A DNA stretch of 16,173 nt, from contig JANRKO010000055.1 of the NCBI GenBank assembly GCA_033763455.1, positions 1 through 16,173 of the forward strand, in the 5' to 3' direction. The notes beneath the pieces were generated by a model. It was given only the letters and a program-made list of their open reading frames with translations. It did not search any database and was not told the origin of the DNA. Below, piece after piece: positions 1-7,034 of this stretch (its first letter is position 1; each line of letters opens with the position of its first letter). The stretch comes from Polyangiaceae bacterium. GTDB lineage: Bacteria; Myxococcota_A; Polyangia; Polyangiales; Polyangiaceae. The position numbers and the translations under genes were made by a program.

Positions 1-83
1 CCTCGTGTCTCGAGCAGCCGAACTGCCTCTCGCTTGAACTCTTCGGTGTGTTTCTTTCGCTTTCGACGAGTCTTGCTTTCCAT
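1..83 (-). CDS. IS3-family transposase OrfA (HTH), N-terminal part, truncated by the window edge
   Basis: Manual translation gives MESKTRRKRKKHTEEFKREAVRLLETR. The 'RK.(Y/H)T.EFK.EAV.L' pattern is the typical start of IS3/IS911 OrfA. It is too short for the ORF track. Confidence 0.85.
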   Translation of the reverse strand, partial: MESKTRRKRKKHTEEFKREAVRLLETR

Positions 84-140
84 GATCTAACTCCGAGGAT
101 ACCCTCTTTGCTGGGTGTCCTGGAAATCCGGGGAAGCTCA
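1..140 (-). mobile_element. Left end of an IS3-family insertion sequence, running off the window start
   Basis: The minus strand from 140 reads TGAGCTTCCCCGGATTTCCAGGACACC, a 5'-TG terminus resembling IS3-family IRL sequences. It is followed by a GGAG RBS (94-91) and the ATG of an OrfA-like frame at 83. The other end is outside the window. Confidence 0.8.
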
Positions 141-410
141 CTTACTTACAAGGTCAACAAGCACTAGGCTAACGAGCAACCAGCAACGCGCGATAGCAAG
201 CCGCCACTTCAGTGCCTCCACGCACTTAGCATTGCTGAGGAGCAGCATCTGGGCAAGTCGACTTCAATTTGGGGCGAAGGGCGGAAACGATTCCGCACAT
301 TGGTGAGGCCCCGTTTGGAGGGATCAAGGCGCTCGACACACCAGCTCCTCATAACGTATGACAGCTTCCGACGGTAACTTCTCTGAGAAAATGCGGCGCT
401 TGCCCTGCCA

Positions 411-796
411 ATGACGTCGCGGAAGAAACATAGTTACCGGATGGGCGCAGTCGCCTTTGCCGGCGTAGGAGCGCTGTTCGTGGCTAGTGTTGTGGTCTGG
501 AGCGTTTGGTATCGATCGGTCAAGGCATGTCGTGGCTCACACGATGAACACCTGTTGGTGAGTCTGGCCACCATCAGGAGTCAGGCCGCATCATGGCATC
601 TCCGGCAAAAAATTCTTGCCCGTCTCTGGACGCTGTGATGAGCGACCTTGGCGAAGAAGCGCATTGCGCAAGCGCGGAGGACCCGTGGGGAACACCCATT
701 CGAGTCGATTGCCAGGATGGAGTAAGCGCAAGCTCAGCCGGACCGGACAGGCAATGGGGAACGCGAGACGACGTGGTGTTTCCCAAGTGGCGATAG
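411..796 (+). pseudogene. GspG-like type II secretion pseudopilin-domain protein split by a one-base frameshift (pseudogene or sequencing indel)
   Basis: ORF 411-638 gives an N-terminal hydrophobic helix (AVAFAGVGALFVASVVVWSVW). Overlapping ORF 593-796 carries CPS..., DPWGTP and SAGPDRQWGTRDD, which match the GspG C-terminal motif. One extra A in the A6 run at 607-612 joins the two frames. Confidence 0.65.
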
Positions 797-807
797 ATCT
801 GTGAGCA

Positions 808-831
808 AATGGTCGCTTATTTGAATCTTCG
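808..831 (+). repeat. 24-bp direct repeat, copy 1 (AATGGTCGCTTATTTGAATCTTCG)
   Basis: Identical to 7035-7058. The match extends to 799-831 vs 7026-7058 with 2 mismatches in 33 bp. Confidence 0.95.
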
Positions 832-892
832 GTTCGGCGAACCCACAAATGCGCAACGCGACCACGGAGTAACTTGAGCTTCAACCTCGTAG

Positions 893-913
893 CTGTTCCC
901 AATCTGTTCCCAA
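893..913 (+). repeat. Tandem 10-bp direct repeat CTGTTCCCAA x2, a candidate integrase arm-type site
   Basis: CTGTTCCCAA occurs at 893-902 and 904-913, about 120 bp upstream of the tmRNA-like att core. The repeat is seen directly; the function is inferred. Confidence 0.5.
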
Positions 914-1033
914 ACCAATCCACACGCGCTCGTAACCCCTCGTATTCATTGATGCCAGCTGGACACCCCGAACGAACTCGCCAAGCAGGCTAACGACGCG
1001 AAACTCCAGTGAATTTCCTGGATTTCTCAGCGA

Positions 1034-1056
1034 GTTCGATTCCCGGCGCCTCCACC
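1034..1056 (+). other. Isolated 3' fragment of a tmRNA-like (Ala-identity) gene; probable att site of an integrative element
   Basis: GTTCGATTCCCGGCGCCTCCACC comprises a T-loop (TTCGATT), 3' T-stem (CCCGG), acceptor strand CGCCTCC (U70 position) and discriminator A followed by CC. The 5' T-stem strand is broken (GCGAG instead of CCGGG), and no matching 5' half lies at tRNA or tmRNA distance upstream. Confidence 0.75.
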
Positions 1057-1189
1057 CTAAATGACGGAGTTCATTGAGTTAATGTCGTCACAAGAAGGGT
1101 GTCGCACCCGGCGCCCTGCGCTCCCCGTCGGTGACCGGCGCTCACCGAAGCGCTTTCAGATCACGGCAGCGCTGCTACACTGAGCCGCT

Positions 1190-1429
1190 ATGCGTTCCGC
1201 CGAAGCCATCGCCGTCGAGGCGCTGTCCCTGCCCGCCGACGAACGAGCGGCCTTGGTCCTACGCCTCGCCGAGAGTCTTGACGAAGAGCACGACGCCGAC
1301 GCCGAGGATGCGTGGGCCGCGGAAGTGGCGGGACGCATCGAGGCGGTTAGGGCGGGGACGGCCGAGACGATCACGACTTCCGAGGCGTTAGCTCAAGCTC
1401 GCGTCCGACTATCGGCTCGTCGTGGCTGA
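1190..1429 (+). CDS. Putative addiction module antitoxin (TIGR02574-like)
   Basis: 79 aa acidic protein with 'EALSLPADERAAL..L.ESLD...AW..E...R...V..G', the family pattern. It overlaps the downstream toxin gene by 8 bp. Confidence 0.88.
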   Translation: MRSAEAIAVEALSLPADERAALVLRLAESLDEEHDADAEDAWAAEVAGRIEAVRAGTAETITTSEALAQARVRLSARRG

Positions 1430-1730
1430 AATCCTTCTCGCCGCGTCGGTCGAAATGGCCGAGGCCGCGGCCTGGTACGACGAGCGCGTGTCCGGACTTG
1501 GCGAGCGGTTCTTGGGCGAAGCAGAAACCGCCTTCGCACGCATCGACGAGACGCCGCTAATTGGGTCGCCCTGGAGCCATCGTCGTCTGCCGAGTGGGGT
1601 CCGACGCATGTTTCTGAGGTCATTCCCGTACTCGGCGGTCTACATGCTCGAGCCGAGGCTCGTGGTCGTCGCACTAGCGCATGTTCGCCGACGCCCCGGA
1701 TACTGGGTGAAGCGATTGAGCGAGATCTAG
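1422..1730 (+). CDS. RelE/ParE-family toxin
   Basis: 102 aa with 'EAAAWYDER..GLG.RF', 'RR..L.SFPY...Y' and 'VVALAH.RRRPGYW..R'. The GTG start overlaps the antitoxin stop. Confidence 0.9.
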   Translation: MAEILLAASVEMAEAAAWYDERVSGLGERFLGEAETAFARIDETPLIGSPWSHRRLPSGVRRMFLRSFPYSAVYMLEPRLVVVALAHVRRRPGYWVKRLSEI

Positions 1731-1865
1731 CGGAGACCGCCGGCCCTGGATGCTCATTTGGCAGCCAAGGTCTGGGCAATGTGACTAGCGGCGGGATCCC
1801 GGGGGCGTGACCAAATGTCCGCCAAGACCTTGGTGAAAACGCTCGGTGTTCTCTTGCGCGAGCGC

Positions 1866-2261
1866 TCAGTCGACGAGCTTCGCGCCGTCCGAACGGCTTA
1901 GGCGGTCGTCGAACGTATGAAGGGGGAGCGCGCCACCGCGTCGGGCCGATTCAGAGATGAAGTAGTCCGCGAAATCCGCGGAGCCAGCTTCGAAAGCAGC
2001 GAGCGCTAGGCGCGTCGTTGCTCTGTCTTCCACGTGTACGCCGTCCATGGCGATCAGTCGATGGAGTGCCCCGGCGGTCGTCGCGCGATCGAACTTGTAG
2101 GCGCCACGTAGCACCCAGGCGATTTCGGCAAGGACGACGTTTGAAACCCATACTCCTGGGCCAGCGGTGACCCGCCGAAGCGCCCGCTCGGCTCGCAGGC
2201 ACTGGTCTTCATCATCGCGCACGAGCAGCCGTACTAGGACGTTCGTGTCAAACGCTTCCAC
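1866..2261 (-). CDS. vapC: VapC-family PIN-domain toxin
   Basis: 131 aa with the PIN acidic motifs DTNVLVR, LAEIAWVL, ADFAD and TFD. Confidence 0.92.
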   Translation of the reverse strand: MEAFDTNVLVRLLVRDDEDQCLRAERALRRVTAGPGVWVSNVVLAEIAWVLRGAYKFDRATTAGALHRLIAMDGVHVEDRATTRLALAAFEAGSADFADYFISESARRGGALPLHTFDDRLSRSDGAKLVD

Positions 2262-2505
2262 GACCGCTTGCGCCTTCGGCGATTGCGCGATCCATGTCCT
2301 GCAAGCTCACGGGCCCCACGCCGGGCGGCGGTGTGAGACGCGCAGCGAGGAACTCGTCGACGCTCAACGTGCGCCCACGCTCTGCGACGCGTGCCGGCTT
2401 CGGTGTGTCGTTGGCTACCTCGAGCGTGGCGCGTTCAATGAGTCGCAGCCGCTCGGGGAGCGGCAGGCTGCGAATCGTCGCTAGGATTTCGTCCAGGGCG
2501 CCCAT
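2248..2505 (-). CDS. Putative antitoxin for the downstream VapC
   Basis: 85 aa, overlapping the vapC start by 14 bp. The C-terminal 'VSLQDMDRAIAEGA' resembles tails of antitoxins paired with this PIN subgroup. Confidence 0.75.
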   Translation of the reverse strand: MGALDEILATIRSLPLPERLRLIERATLEVANDTPKPARVAERGRTLSVDEFLAARLTPPPGVGPVSLQDMDRAIAEGASGRGSV

Positions 2506-2751
2506 GCCCCAAACTATAGCGCGAGAGCTGGGCGCGACTACCCGAGGTGGGGCAAATCTCGGCGTTTCTCACTTTTTCTGCCTCGGCGTTCGTGGGCATC
2601 GGCGGCACGTCTCGGCGGACCGCGCGCCCATGATCCGCTTCCGAACATCACCAACCTGGATCTGAACGGTGGCCGTCGGTGGCTCAACTAAGCGAACCCT
2701 GGCACGAATTACAACAGCGCCCCTCGACCCCGCGCGCCAGAAGTCGAGTTT

Positions 2752-3026
2752 GCGATGTTGGATCTTGAGCGCGTCGTCCCCGCGGATGGCCATCCAGGTC
2801 AGGCCACGGCCGCGCAGGTCGTGGAAGCGGAGGCGTTTGCAGGTCGAGTCGTTGCGGAAGAGCGCCGCGCGATTCACATGGGCGGCTTCGAGTTGCTTGC
2901 GCAGGTCGGCACCCCACCATTTCTGGTCGCGCATCGTGATCACGGGGCCAGCGCCGTTGGCTTCGGCGTGCATGGCGCGCAGCGGGGCAATAGGTTCGGT
3001 TCGATCGCAAATCGGCGGATGCCTTT
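2752..3026 (-). pseudogene. Tyrosine recombinase/integrase internal fragment (truncated, frameshifted)
   Basis: 'RRFAIEPNLLP' in one frame shifts near 2984 into 'LRAMHAE...LRKQLEAA.V.R..LF...RLRFHDLRGRGLTWMAIRGDDALKIQHR'. The HxLR catalytic box is at 2812-2823. Similarity stops just before the expected GH...T..Y, so the catalytic Tyr is absent, as is the N-terminus. Confidence 0.8.
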
Positions 3027-3175
3027 GTGGCACTCAGGGGCCGTCGTAGCTTTCACAATCCATCTAGCGTCGCACTTGCCATCGAAGGCCACAGATTTCA
3101 CTCCTGAGGCCAGGTCGTCGTGAAGGCGCACTGCCAAGGGTTGCCTTCGTGTCGAAGGGAGCGTACGTGTCTTTC

Positions 3176-4465
3176 ATGAGAGGTCTGTTCTGCGCAGTGT
3201 TCCTGCTCTTGTGCGTGGCGGCATGCAGCGATGGGAGTGCCAGTGGCTCGCCGCTGTCCGCTCTGCCCTCGGGCACGTCGGCGCCTGAAGTGGGCGGGGC
3301 CGGTGGCACCACTGGTACAGCATCAGGCGTGTTCTCGTCCGCCATGCATGCTGACGTGGGTGCATACTGCACGGCGCTACGTACCTGTTTCACGCCCAAC
3401 GACGAGTACCTCCTTCTACGCCAGCTTTTTGCTGACAATAACGAATGCGTAACCTTCATGGAGCGCGTGCTTGAACGGGCACCGTTCTTTCGCCAAGCGC
3501 TCGCTTTCAAGGCATCCGGCGCTTTGGTCTACGACGCCGTATTGCATTCACGTGTAATGGAGGGCCTGGCGGCGTGTGACTTGAGAATGGTGGGAAGGCT
3601 CAAGGACAATCCTGGAACGCTGTTTGGTTGGGACGGCACTGGCACGGTCGGGGCGAGTTGCACATCGAAGATCGACTGCCAAGGCTCCATGGTTTGCGTC
3701 CCAGTTGCGCCAGATGCCTGTGGTGGCATCTGCCAAGCACCACCAGGTCAGGGTATGCCCTGCAGCATTGAAGGAGAGTGCGACCAAGGCGCCAAGCTTG
3801 CCTGCAACTGGCAGTCCAATACTTGTGAAGCTGCTCTTGAGCCGGGAGCTCCAGCTGCGGCGGGTGAACCTTGCGATGATCCCGCCGTTCCAGGCCACCG
3901 TGCGTGCGTTCCGGGGCTCTACTGCTTTGAGGGGCCGCCGAGCGGCCAAGATATGACGCCGGGGGCTCGTACCTGCCAGGCGCCAGTAGCAGCAGGTGCG
4001 CCCTGCTACAGTGGAGATCAAGTTTGCGCGGAGGGTGGCGTTTGTTTAGCCACAGCTCCAAATGCCACCACGAAAGTCTGCGGCAAGTTGCTAGTTCTCA
4101 CCACAGAGGGTGCCCCTTGCGACGCGCGGGTAGCGGCGGTAGGCGATCGACTGTGCGACGCTACAGAGGGCCTCGCTTGTGTAGGCGGAACCTGCAAACG
4201 TTCCTTGGATGGCGGCCTCAACGCTCCCTGTTTCACGGGGGACATCACCGAAGAGCTGGGTTGCGCGCCGGGCTTCTACTGCGACACTAAGACCGCAAGC
4301 CCAAGCTGCCAGCCTCTTAAGTCCACGGGTGTGAGCTGCGGAGACTCGGGAGGTTGGAGTTGTCAGGGCTTTTGTGATCTTTCATCCGCAACAGCGGTAC
4401 CGGGTAGCATTATTCCTGATCACGTCTGTGCTGACGCACCGTGCGCGTCCGATACGTGGAACTAA
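3176..4465 (+). CDS. Cys-rich (disulfide-repeat) lipoprotein of myxobacterial type
   Basis: The ATG at 3176 gives MRGLFCAVFLLLCVAA-C (lipobox), then a Gly/Ser linker and many 'G..C......C..G..C' repeats. The ORF track start at 3149 (GTG) is an alternative. Confidence 0.8.
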   Translation: MRGLFCAVFLLLCVAACSDGSASGSPLSALPSGTSAPEVGGAGGTTGTASGVFSSAMHADVGAYCTALRTCFTPNDEYLLLRQLFADNNECVTFMERVLERAPFFRQALAFKASGALVYDAVLHSRVMEGLAACDLRMVGRLKDNPGTLFGWDGTGTVGASCTSKIDCQGSMVCVPVAPDACGGICQAPPGQGMPCSIEGECDQGAKLACNWQSNTCEAALEPGAPAAAGEPCDDPAVPGHRACVPGLYCFEGPPSGQDMTPGARTCQAPVAAGAPCYSGDQVCAEGGVCLATAPNATTKVCGKLLVLTTEGAPCDARVAAVGDRLCDATEGLACVGGTCKRSLDGGLNAPCFTGDITEELGCAPGFYCDTKTASPSCQPLKSTGVSCGDSGGWSCQGFCDLSSATAVPGSIIPDHVCADAPCASDTWN

Positions 4466-4526
4466 GGCGGCTCCGTCCCACGCGATCAATCCGCCAACTT
4501 AGGTCACGAGGCCGCGTGGCGGCGCT

Positions 4527-4800
4527 TCACGGTTTCTGCAACGTGAAGTCGTCGTCGAAAACCTTGCACGTGTAGCCGGGGTTCGCTGCCTCCAGACACG
4601 CGCATGTCCTATTGTTGGCGTAGCAATCTTCGGTGATCGCCGCGCACTCGTACTTAGCGGTGCTCGACGGCGCCGGGCCGGTGATGCGACAGAAATTGGA
4701 CGCCTGAACGCAACGCAGACCCGCGCCGCATTTGAGGCAAATGGCAGTGGGCAAGTTGCTTTTCTTCCAAGTTCCGCTCGGGTCGCAACGGAGAAATCTC
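4527..4800 (-). pseudogene. 3' fragment of a Cys-rich secreted-type protein
   Basis: The frame reads FLRCDPSGTWKKSNLPTAICLKCGAGLRCVQASNFC...YECAAITEDCYANNRTCACL...YTCKV...LQKP*. There is an in-frame stop just upstream and no signal peptide or RBS. Confidence 0.5.
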
Positions 4801-4839
4801 GAGCTTCACCCCCGCTCCTTCTACCCGACCCAAGAGTTC

Positions 4840-4923
4840 GAAAGATCCCGCAGCCAGGCGGAGCTGTTGCGCTGGTCGGAACGCGTGATGTCGGGGGCTG
4901 CAGTCGACGAGGTATTCGCGTAC
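4840..4923 (+). pseudogene. C-terminal remnant of an Rpn/PD-(D/E)XK putative transposase (DUF4351-like tail)
   Basis: 'SQAELLRWSERVMSGAAVDEVFA' matches the 'A..E.L..W.ERVL.A.SL.EVF' C-terminal signature. It is followed by TAC where a stop would be expected. Confidence 0.55.
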
Positions 4924-5018
4924 CTGGGGCGCAATGCCCAACGAGATCTGCCCAACCGAATGGCCTGCGCCCAGGCCGGCTCTGGACCGTTCGTCGCTCC
5001 AGGGCTATCGTTGAGCCC

Positions 5019-6968
5019 ATGAGGATGATGGGCGGTGCGATCGCGTCTGCATTCGCGATTGGGACGGTGTCGGTGAGCTTTGGGGCGCAGGCGGCGCCGG
5101 TCCCGGGACCGGTGAGGATCGTCGCGCGAACGGGCGCGGAGTCTCCAACCGCTGGCTGGAAGTATCGCCGCATTACCTACGCCGCGGCGGTGAAGGGTGG
5201 CGATGTTGCCCTCGCCGCGCAGCTTGAGGATGCGAACGAGAACGTCGAGCAGGTGATCGTGTTGGAGGGCGCCCAGCGCTCGGTCCTCGTCTCCTCGACA
5301 ACCCCGAAGCCGGGCGGAGGCGCGTGGAGCACCACCGGCATCGGTGCGCCGAACGTGCGGGGCACCTTCATGTACTGGAGCACGAAGGAAGCCGACACCG
5401 AGTGGTGGGGCGCCGACATCGCGACGGGAACCGCGACGAACACGCGCCGGATCTACGGCGAGAACGACCAGCTGAACGGGAGGCCCATCGGAATCACCCA
5501 GCCGCTCTTCAATTCGTCGGGTCATGTGATCGTCGCTGCTGCCGGCGGTCTCTTCTCGTTCAACGGGGCCGGTGTCCAACGCCCGGTCTACCAGTACCTC
5601 GGCGCCGTCAGCGGACTCCCAACGGAGTGGTCGGCCACGGCGACCGGGATCGGGTTGCCCGCGTTCCTCGATGAGAACGGGATCATCACCGCGCAGGTGA
5701 AGGCCGAGCGCACCGTCGGGGCAAACCCCAAGGAGGAAAGGCTCTTCACCGTACACGGAGGCATCGATGGACAGCTTGCCGAGCTCCCGTGGGCGCAGGA
5801 GTACGTCGTGAGCGGACCGAACACGTACTACGGCCAGGGGATCCTGCACGTCGGGCGCGGTGGCGCGATGGTCGGGCTGAAGAGGACGGACGAGACGGCC
5901 ACCTCAACGATCAGGGAGGCCTACCACTCCGGCGACGGCACCACGATGACGCAAGCGTTCGAGCTCGTGACCGTCGGCTCGACGACGACGCCACTCGCGC
6001 TAGACGGCGTGGAGGTGACGCGCGTCGTGGAGGTTCGCGCGATCGACAATGGGAGCTTCGCGTTCGTGACGGCCTTGGGTAACGGCACTATGCCAAACCT
6101 CTTCGTCTGGAGCGGCGGCGCCGCGAAGCGGCTCGCGGGCGTGGGTATGGACGCTCCGGGCACAGGCGCGAAGTTCGACTCCGTCGGACGGTTCATCGTG
6201 AACCGGCGCGGTCAGGTCCTCTTCGCTGCGAAGGCGGGCGGCAAGGGCGTGCTCTATCTCGCCGAGCCCGGGCAAGCGCCCACCCTGCTCGCGCAGGAGG
6301 GCATGGACCTCACGCTCGACGACGGCCGTACGGTCCAGATAACCGTCGACCTCGAGACATTTCTCACCGAGGATGCCCTCGGCGATGATGGCACCATCAC
6401 CTATCAAGTGGGGACGAGCGCATCGCCCCCCGAGGTGGTCGTGCTCTCGCGTGGCGATACCGCGGCTCCGACCGCGGATCTCCAAGTCACGGGGATCCTC
6501 CAGAATAAAGACTATCAGTTCAACGTGAAGAACCTCGGGCCCGCGACCGCGAACGGGGCCACACTCACGGTACGGGGGCAAAACCCTGTTCTCAGCTTGC
6601 ACATGTACATCCTCCCGCGGTCTGGAGATCTTCCTCAGCAGGATCCAGGCGACGTTCCATGCCAGAGCACCCCGGACGAAGTGGTGTGCACGTTCGGGAA
6701 GCTGGATCCGGGCGCAGCCGCGATCTTCTGGTTCGATCTTCCCACTCGCACAGCGATGACGCTCGATGCGACAGTCTACGGTCCTTCAGATCCCAACCTC
6801 GCGAACAACACAGCGAGCTTGACCTACGATCCGACGACCGCACCGAGCAACAGTAGCGGTTGCTACGCGACGCCCGCCGGGCCAAGTCCGACGAGCGCGG
6901 CTGGCAGCCTCATCGTGCTCGCCCTCGCGAGCGCATGGCGCCGTGCTCGTCGTCGACCCAACGCTTAG
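5019..6968 (+). CDS. Exported surface protein with NxxG-type tandem repeats, a DUF11-like Ig domain and a MYXO-CTERM-like anchor
   Basis: Signal peptide ending AQA. Repeats FNSSGHV, DENGII, DNGSFAF, NRRGQVLF and DDGTITY. DUF11-like 'ADLQVT...VKNLGPATA...DPNLANNTAS'. C-terminal 'SSGC...' followed by a hydrophobic helix and RRARRR. Confidence 0.85.
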   Translation: MRMMGGAIASAFAIGTVSVSFGAQAAPVPGPVRIVARTGAESPTAGWKYRRITYAAAVKGGDVALAAQLEDANENVEQVIVLEGAQRSVLVSSTTPKPGGGAWSTTGIGAPNVRGTFMYWSTKEADTEWWGADIATGTATNTRRIYGENDQLNGRPIGITQPLFNSSGHVIVAAAGGLFSFNGAGVQRPVYQYLGAVSGLPTEWSATATGIGLPAFLDENGIITAQVKAERTVGANPKEERLFTVHGGIDGQLAELPWAQEYVVSGPNTYYGQGILHVGRGGAMVGLKRTDETATSTIREAYHSGDGTTMTQAFELVTVGSTTTPLALDGVEVTRVVEVRAIDNGSFAFVTALGNGTMPNLFVWSGGAAKRLAGVGMDAPGTGAKFDSVGRFIVNRRGQVLFAAKAGGKGVLYLAEPGQAPTLLAQEGMDLTLDDGRTVQITVDLETFLTEDALGDDGTITYQVGTSASPPEVVVLSRGDTAAPTADLQVTGILQNKDYQFNVKNLGPATANGATLTVRGQNPVLSLHMYILPRSGDLPQQDPGDVPCQSTPDEVVCTFGKLDPGAAAIFWFDLPTRTAMTLDATVYGPSDPNLANNTASLTYDPTTAPSNSSGCYATPAGPSPTSAAGSLIVLALASAWRRARRRPNA

Positions 6969-7034
6969 GCGAAAGATCGAGATCGCCGCGTGGAGCAACC
7001 ATCGACGCGCGCGAGTCACGGCTCACTGTGACCC

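Noticed and set aside
271..298. GGGGCGAAGGGCGGAAACGATTCCGCAC as a tmRNA 5' end
   Set aside because: It lacks the conserved TCGAC and lies about 760 nt from the 3' fragment. It is more simply a small hairpin (GCGGAA-ACGA-TTCCGC).
960..1060. Complete tRNA or tmRNA gene
   Set aside because: Only the 3' ~23 nt fit. The T-stem 5' strand pairs 3/5, and no acceptor 5' strand, D-arm or anticodon arm is present.
2569..3033. 154-aa ORF as an intact gene
   Set aside because: Only the middle is integrase-like. Both ends are out-of-frame or unrelated read-through.
4489..4508. Fourth copy of the GTGACC-AA motif on the minus strand (CGTGACCTAAGTTGGCGG)
   Set aside because: Only the first ~10 nt resemble the motif, which is plausible by chance in GC-rich DNA, although it does lie between convergent gene ends.
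4499..5849. Long antisense ORFs 4499-5173 and 4821-5849 (and similar shadow ORFs such as 7594-8406, 9236-10009 and 11454-12110)
   Set aside because: They overlap well-supported genes, have no recognisable motifs, and are typical GC-rich shadow frames.
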